From positions 1,312,001 through 1,376,000 of the forward strand of contig CAWIXE010000002.1 of the NCBI GenBank assembly GCA_963840035.1: a DNA stretch of 64,000 nucleotides, read 5' to 3'. Both the position numbers and the translations under genes were made by a program. The DNA comes from a candidate division FCPU426 bacterium (GTDB taxonomy: Bacteria > Oederibacteriota > PGYV01 > Palsa-1178). Position 1 is the first letter of the stretch. Every line of letters starts with the position of its first letter. Positions 60,082 through 64,000 of this stretch are shown here, one piece after another. The notes under the pieces are model-generated. The model searched no databases, was not told where the DNA came from, and worked only from the letters and a program-made list of their open reading frames with translations.

Positions 60082-61404
60082 TTAGTCGCGTTCTTTTTTC
60101 TTTATTTTAAGCTTAATCGGTACTCCGGTAAATCCGAATGTCTCCCTGATCCTATTTTCTATATACCGCAGATAGGAAAAATGTATTTTTTCCGCCTTGT
60201 TGACAAATACGGCGAACGTAGGCGGCGCTGTCTCCACCTGTGATATGTAATATATCTTAAGTTCGCCCTTTCTGCTGAAAGGCTGCTTTTCAAACATGGC
60301 CTGCTGGAACATTTTATTTAAAAGCGACGTCTTAACCCTGAAATTATACTGGTTTTCGACGGAAAAGACAATATCAATAAGCTGGTCTAAGCCCTTCTTT
60401 TCCTTTGCAGATATGTAAAGTATGGGCGCGAAATCCGCGAAAGAAAGCGACTGCCTTATATACTCGCTGTACTCTATTTTCTTTTTATCGCGCAGTTCGC
60501 GCGGCACAAGGTCCCATTTGTTAATGACGATTATGACGCCCTTGTAATTTTCGCAGGCGTATCCCAGCATCTTCTTATCCATCTCAAGGATGCCTTCGTT
60601 CGCGTCTATGACCAGCAGGGCGAGGTGCGCCCTCCTTACATTCATGAACGCGCGGCCTATGGAGTATTCCTCGGCTTTCAGCTTCATCTTGTTGCGCTTT
60701 TTTACTCCGGCCGTATCGATGAACATCAGCTGTCTGCCGTTGATTTCCACGAGCGAATCGATGGAGTCCCTGGTGGTGCCGGGTATCTCGGTGACTATGG
60801 AACGCTCTTCTTTTATAAGCGCGTTAAAAAGCGACGACTTTCCGGCGTTTTCCCTGCCGACTATGGCAATCTTCGGGACGTTTAATTCCGCGTCAGCGTC
60901 TTTAGGCGCCGGTATATACTCTATGATGCAGTCTAAGACGTCATCCAGACCCATGGAATGCGTGACAGAAACCGGGAATACACGGTCTATTCCGAGGTTA
61001 TGAAAATCATATACCTGATTTTTCCTTTTATCATTGTCAACCTTGTTTACCACGGTTATGAATTCTTTCCCGCTTTTCTTGACAAAATCCAGTATTTCCT
61101 TATCCTCGGGCATCACACCCTCGTCCACGCTGGCCATGAAAAGCACCAGGTCAACTTCGGGGATAAGTTCCTTTACTATCTTAACCACTTCCTTTTTAAT
61201 GCGGTCAGCGTCGTTAAAGAGCAGCCCGCCGGTGTCTATGACCGTAAAACGCCTGCCAAGCCACTCGGCTTCGCCATATATTTTGTCCCTGGTTACGCCG
61301 GGATAGTCGTCTACTATGGATTTTTGCCTGTTAATAAGCCGGTTGAAAAGCGAGGATTTACCCACGTTTTCCCTGCCGACAATAAGTACCGTAAAATTGC
61401 CCAT
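60082..61404 (-). CDS. der: Ribosome biogenesis GTPase Der
   Basis: Two G domains (GRENVGKS, GRENAGKS), PGVTRD, PGTTRD, RYIEN. Confidence 0.95.
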   Translation of the reverse strand: MGNFTVLIVGRENVGKSSLFNRLINRQKSIVDDYPGVTRDKIYGEAEWLGRRFTVIDTGGLLFNDADRIKKEVVKIVKELIPEVDLVLFMASVDEGVMPEDKEILDFVKKSGKEFITVVNKVDNDKRKNQVYDFHNLGIDRVFPVSVTHSMGLDDVLDCIIEYIPAPKDADAELNVPKIAIVGRENAGKSSLFNALIKEERSIVTEIPGTTRDSIDSLVEINGRQLMFIDTAGVKKRNKMKLKAEEYSIGRAFMNVRRAHLALLVIDANEGILEMDKKMLGYACENYKGVIIVINKWDLVPRELRDKKKIEYSEYIRQSLSFADFAPILYISAKEKKGLDQLIDIVFSVENQYNFRVKTSLLNKMFQQAMFEKQPFSRKGELKIYYISQVETAPPTFAVFVNKAEKIHFSYLRYIENRIRETFGFTGVPIKLKIKKKERD

Positions 61405-61553
61405 CGTTTTTGTCCTTTAAAGGATTTTAGTTCAGGTGTTCATTATTATACGTGATATGTGGAATAAAACAACTTAATTCTGAATTTTATATTTTCAATT
61501 TTCAATTAAAAAACCGGCCTCAAATGCGCGCTCCCGGCAGCGGTACAAAAAAC

Positions 61554-61578
61554 AAAAACCGGGCTTTCGCCCGGTTTT
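61554..61578 (-). terminator. Intrinsic terminator after the PilZ gene
   Basis: AAAACCGGGC-tttc-GCCCGGTTTT. Confidence 0.75.
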
Positions 61579-61593
61579 AAGTGGGATTATATA

Positions 61594-61944
61594 TTAGTTA
61601 AGGCCTGTTAAATACTTGGATAATGTCTCTGAGTCGTGCGAGCTTAAAGATATGAAGCTTACGCCCGCTATATACGCGCCGTTATCCATTCTGCACCATT
61701 CAACTTCGCCGAAAGTGTTTATTTTATTCCTGCCGCCTAATGACACGTCAAGCCTCATTACATCGCCTTCTTTTATGATGCCTTCTACCGCAAGACAAAC
61801 GCCTCTTTTTGATATATCAACAGTTGTGGCCTTCCTGTACTGAAAAGAGAGAAGGTCTACTTCTTCCCCAAACAGCTTATATTCAGCAGCTAATTCGCTT
61901 TTTTGCCTTGTGTCGATACGTCTTTCAGAGTATTTATCTTCCAT
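61594..61944 (-). CDS. PilZ-domain protein
   Basis: ERRIDTR (RxxxR), DISKRG (DxSxxG); AGGAGG RBS. Confidence 0.85.
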   Translation of the reverse strand: MEDKYSERRIDTRQKSELAAEYKLFGEEVDLLSFQYRKATTVDISKRGVCLAVEGIIKEGDVMRLDVSLGGRNKINTFGEVEWCRMDNGAYIAGVSFISLSSHDSETLSKYLTGLN

Positions 61945-62118
61945 GTGGCCTCCTAAAAGATGCTTTTTCAATCACAATCGTATATTAAACGATTAAACTG
62001 ATTTTGTCAAGTTTTAATTTAAACCCTTATTTAACCGTTAAACAAATGTATATATGACAATATTTACGAAAATCAACGAAAGCGCAATATCTAAAATACT
62101 TAATTTCACGTTTTTTCA

Positions 62119-64000
62119 TTATTTCAGCCTGTCCACCCTTTCGAGCCTTCCCAATAAAACTTCGTTATCCCCATCTCCGGTTTGAACAAACCTAAAAATA
62201 TCATGCATGAGAATAGTGTCGCCCTCCATGCCGGTTATCTCCGATATGTGCGTTACCTTCCTGCTGCCATCCTTCATCCTTGCCTGTTGTACAATAATAT
62301 TAACGGCGCTTTTTACCTGCTCGCGTATCGCGCGCAGCGGCAGGTCAACCCCGGCCATTAATACCATCACATCAATTCTTGAGAGCGCGTCCTTGGGGGT
62401 ATTGGCGTGAACGGTTGTCATGGACCCTTCATGGCCTGTGTTCATGGCCTGCAGCATGTCCAGCGCCTCAGCCCCGCGGCACTCACCCACCACTATCCTG
62501 TCAGGCCTCATGCGCAGGCAATTTTTTACAAGGTCCCTTATGGTAACCGCGCCCTTGCCTTCTATATTTGCCGGGCGTGATTCAAGCCTTACCACATGCT
62601 CCTGGGTAAGTTTCAGCTCCGCCGAATCCTCCACGGTAATGACGCGCTCATTTTCCGGGATGAAAGATGACAGGACATTCAGCAGGGTGGTCTTGCCGGA
62701 ACCCGTGCCTCCTGAAATAAGTATGTTTTCGGGTTTTAGCACGGCTGCTTTTAAATAATCAACAGCCTCGGCTGAAATGGACCCGAAATTGACAAGGTCC
62801 TGCGCAGTAAGTTTCTTATCCGAAAACTTCCTTATGGTCAGCACCGGCCCGTCAAGCGCCAGGGGCGGTATAATTGCGTTTACCCTTGAACCGTCAGGCA
62901 GGCGGGCGTCGACATAAGGCATGGACTCGTCAATCCTGCGGCCCAGCGGCATGACGATCCTTTCTATGGCGCGCATGACCGAAGCGTCATCCGTGAAACG
63001 TTTGCGGCTTTTTGTGAGCCTGCCTTTCATTTCTATATAAATATCATCGTGGCGGTTTACCATAACCTCGCTTATTTCGGGATTGCTTAGAAGGTCTTCG
63101 ATTGCCCCCAGGCCCGTGACTTCCTGAAAAACACACTTCACCAGCGCTTCCCTTCCGTCCCTGTCTGCGGGCGCTTCCTTTTCCCCGTCAAGGAGCTGCC
63201 TGATTATGCGTTTTATCTCCTCGTGTATCCTTGCTTTTTTCTCCGGATGGGTCAGCGCGTCTTTTTCCAGGTTTTTCATTTCAATCATATCAAAAAGCTT
63301 CCTGTGCACTGATTTAATAATATCATAATTAAATGCGTCACTTTTGTCCGCCCGGACTGCCCCCTCGCAGATTCCTTCAACGGAAACAGCTTTTTTGGTG
63401 TTTGCGTTTCCTTCAAGTATCGACGCCGCAAGCCCGTTTATGCCTTCATTAAACCCGTCATTATGTTTTTTTCCGAAGTATATTCCGCCTGTTTCCTGCA
63501 TGGACTTAATGTATGGTATGACCGCCGCAACTTTGACATTCTTAAATATGGTCCTGACATCCTCGGCGGTTATCAGCGAGTTTTCCGCCTTGTTAACCAC
63601 CACATTTATCATCTGCGCGGGATATCCTTTTTCCAGCAGGCTTGTTATCAGCGTTGAGGCGTTTTTAACATCCGCGGGGTTCAATGTCACGGTTATGATT
63701 ATTTTATGGGCCATTTCCATCAGCGCTTTTGAAGGCATCATGGCGCAGTCAACCACCAGCACGTCAAGCATGCCGTTTAACGCCTTTACTGTCGCGGCAG
63801 CGTCGTCAGACCATATCAGGGAAAATCCGTTATCCTCATGCTTTAATTCTTCGTGCTCAAACCGGCCGCGGAACTCGTGATTCTTACTGGTATTTAACAT
63901 GTACTGCGTATCATACATGAGGCTGTTAAGCTCTAAAAATCCGGCTTTTATTCCCCTCGCCCGCGAAATGGCCTCAGCCGTGTTTAAGGCGATGGTGGTC
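62119..64000 (-). CDS. CpaE/MinD-like domain fused to CpaF/TadA pilus ATPase (5' end off window)
   Basis: Frame open to the window edge (TTIALN); [41 protein letters not shown]. Confidence 0.88.
   Translation of the reverse strand, partial: TTIALNTAEAISRARGIKAGFLELNSLMYDTQYMLNTSKNHEFRGRFEHEELKHEDNGFSLIWSDDAAATVKALNGMLDVLVVDCAMMPSKALMEMAHKIIITVTLNPADVKNASTLITSLLEKGYPAQMINVVVNKAENSLITAEDVRTIFKNVKVAAVIPYIKSMQETGGIYFGKKHNDGFNEGINGLAASILEGNANTKKAVSVEGICEGAVRADKSDAFNYDIIKSVHRKLFDMIEMKNLEKDALTHPEKKARIHEEIKRIIRQLLDGEKEAPADRDGREALVKCVFQEVTGLGAIEDLLSNPEISEVMVNRHDDIYIEMKGRLTKSRKRFTDDASVMRAIERIVMPLGRRIDESMPYVDARLPDGSRVNAIIPPLALDGPVLTIRKFSDKKLTAQDLVNFGSISAEAVDYLKAAVLKPENILISGGTGSGKTTLLNVLSSFIPENERVITVEDSAELKLTQEHVVRLESRPANIEGKGAVTIRDLVKNCLRMRPDRIVVGECRGAEALDMLQAMNTGHEGSMTTVHANTPKDALSRIDVMVLMAGVDLPLRAIREQVKSAVNIIVQQARMKDGSRKVTHISEITGMEGDTILMHDIFRFVQTGDGDNEVLLGRLERVDRLK

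Overview
Bacterial chromosomal window from a diderm (LPS-making) organism. The mix of Thr/Pro-linker glycoside hydrolases with PNP-type C-terminal sorting domains suggests a candidate phylum such as Goldiibacteriota/Firestonebacteria, but that is a low-confidence inference. Left to right: (1) GH44 and GH26 secreted hydrolases with a CRP-like site and a REP-like doublet upstream; (2) a GT2, an ArnT-like GT and lptFG; (3) ftsEX-envC, a beta-CASP nuclease and pfkA; (4) a ~14 kb operon of a giant Ig-repeat protein, PorV-like barrel, TPR lipoprotein, ExbB, two ExbD, TonB and an FlgD-Ig protein; (5) a ketosynthase/methyltransferase/7TM histidine kinase/B12 radical SAM/RHH/hybrid kinase cluster; (6) tilS, and tRNA-Met with a 3x157 bp structured leader array; (7) a second GH26; (8) an LPS core/lipid A cluster with hflX; (9) an AT-rich HEAT-repeat islet; (10) apt, an RpoS-like sigma and acyP; (11) two tRNA-Pro with tRNA-mimicking leader repeats; (12) merR, gpsA (frameshifted), plsY, der, a PilZ protein and a CpaE-CpaF fusion. 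Best candidates for new biology: a T9SS-like export system possibly powered by TonB-ExbBD, tRNA-leader repeats that carry tRNA-identical and tRNA-antisense segments at two loci, and a lipid-signal synthase/sensor-like cluster. All calls come from reading motifs by eye; no searches were run.
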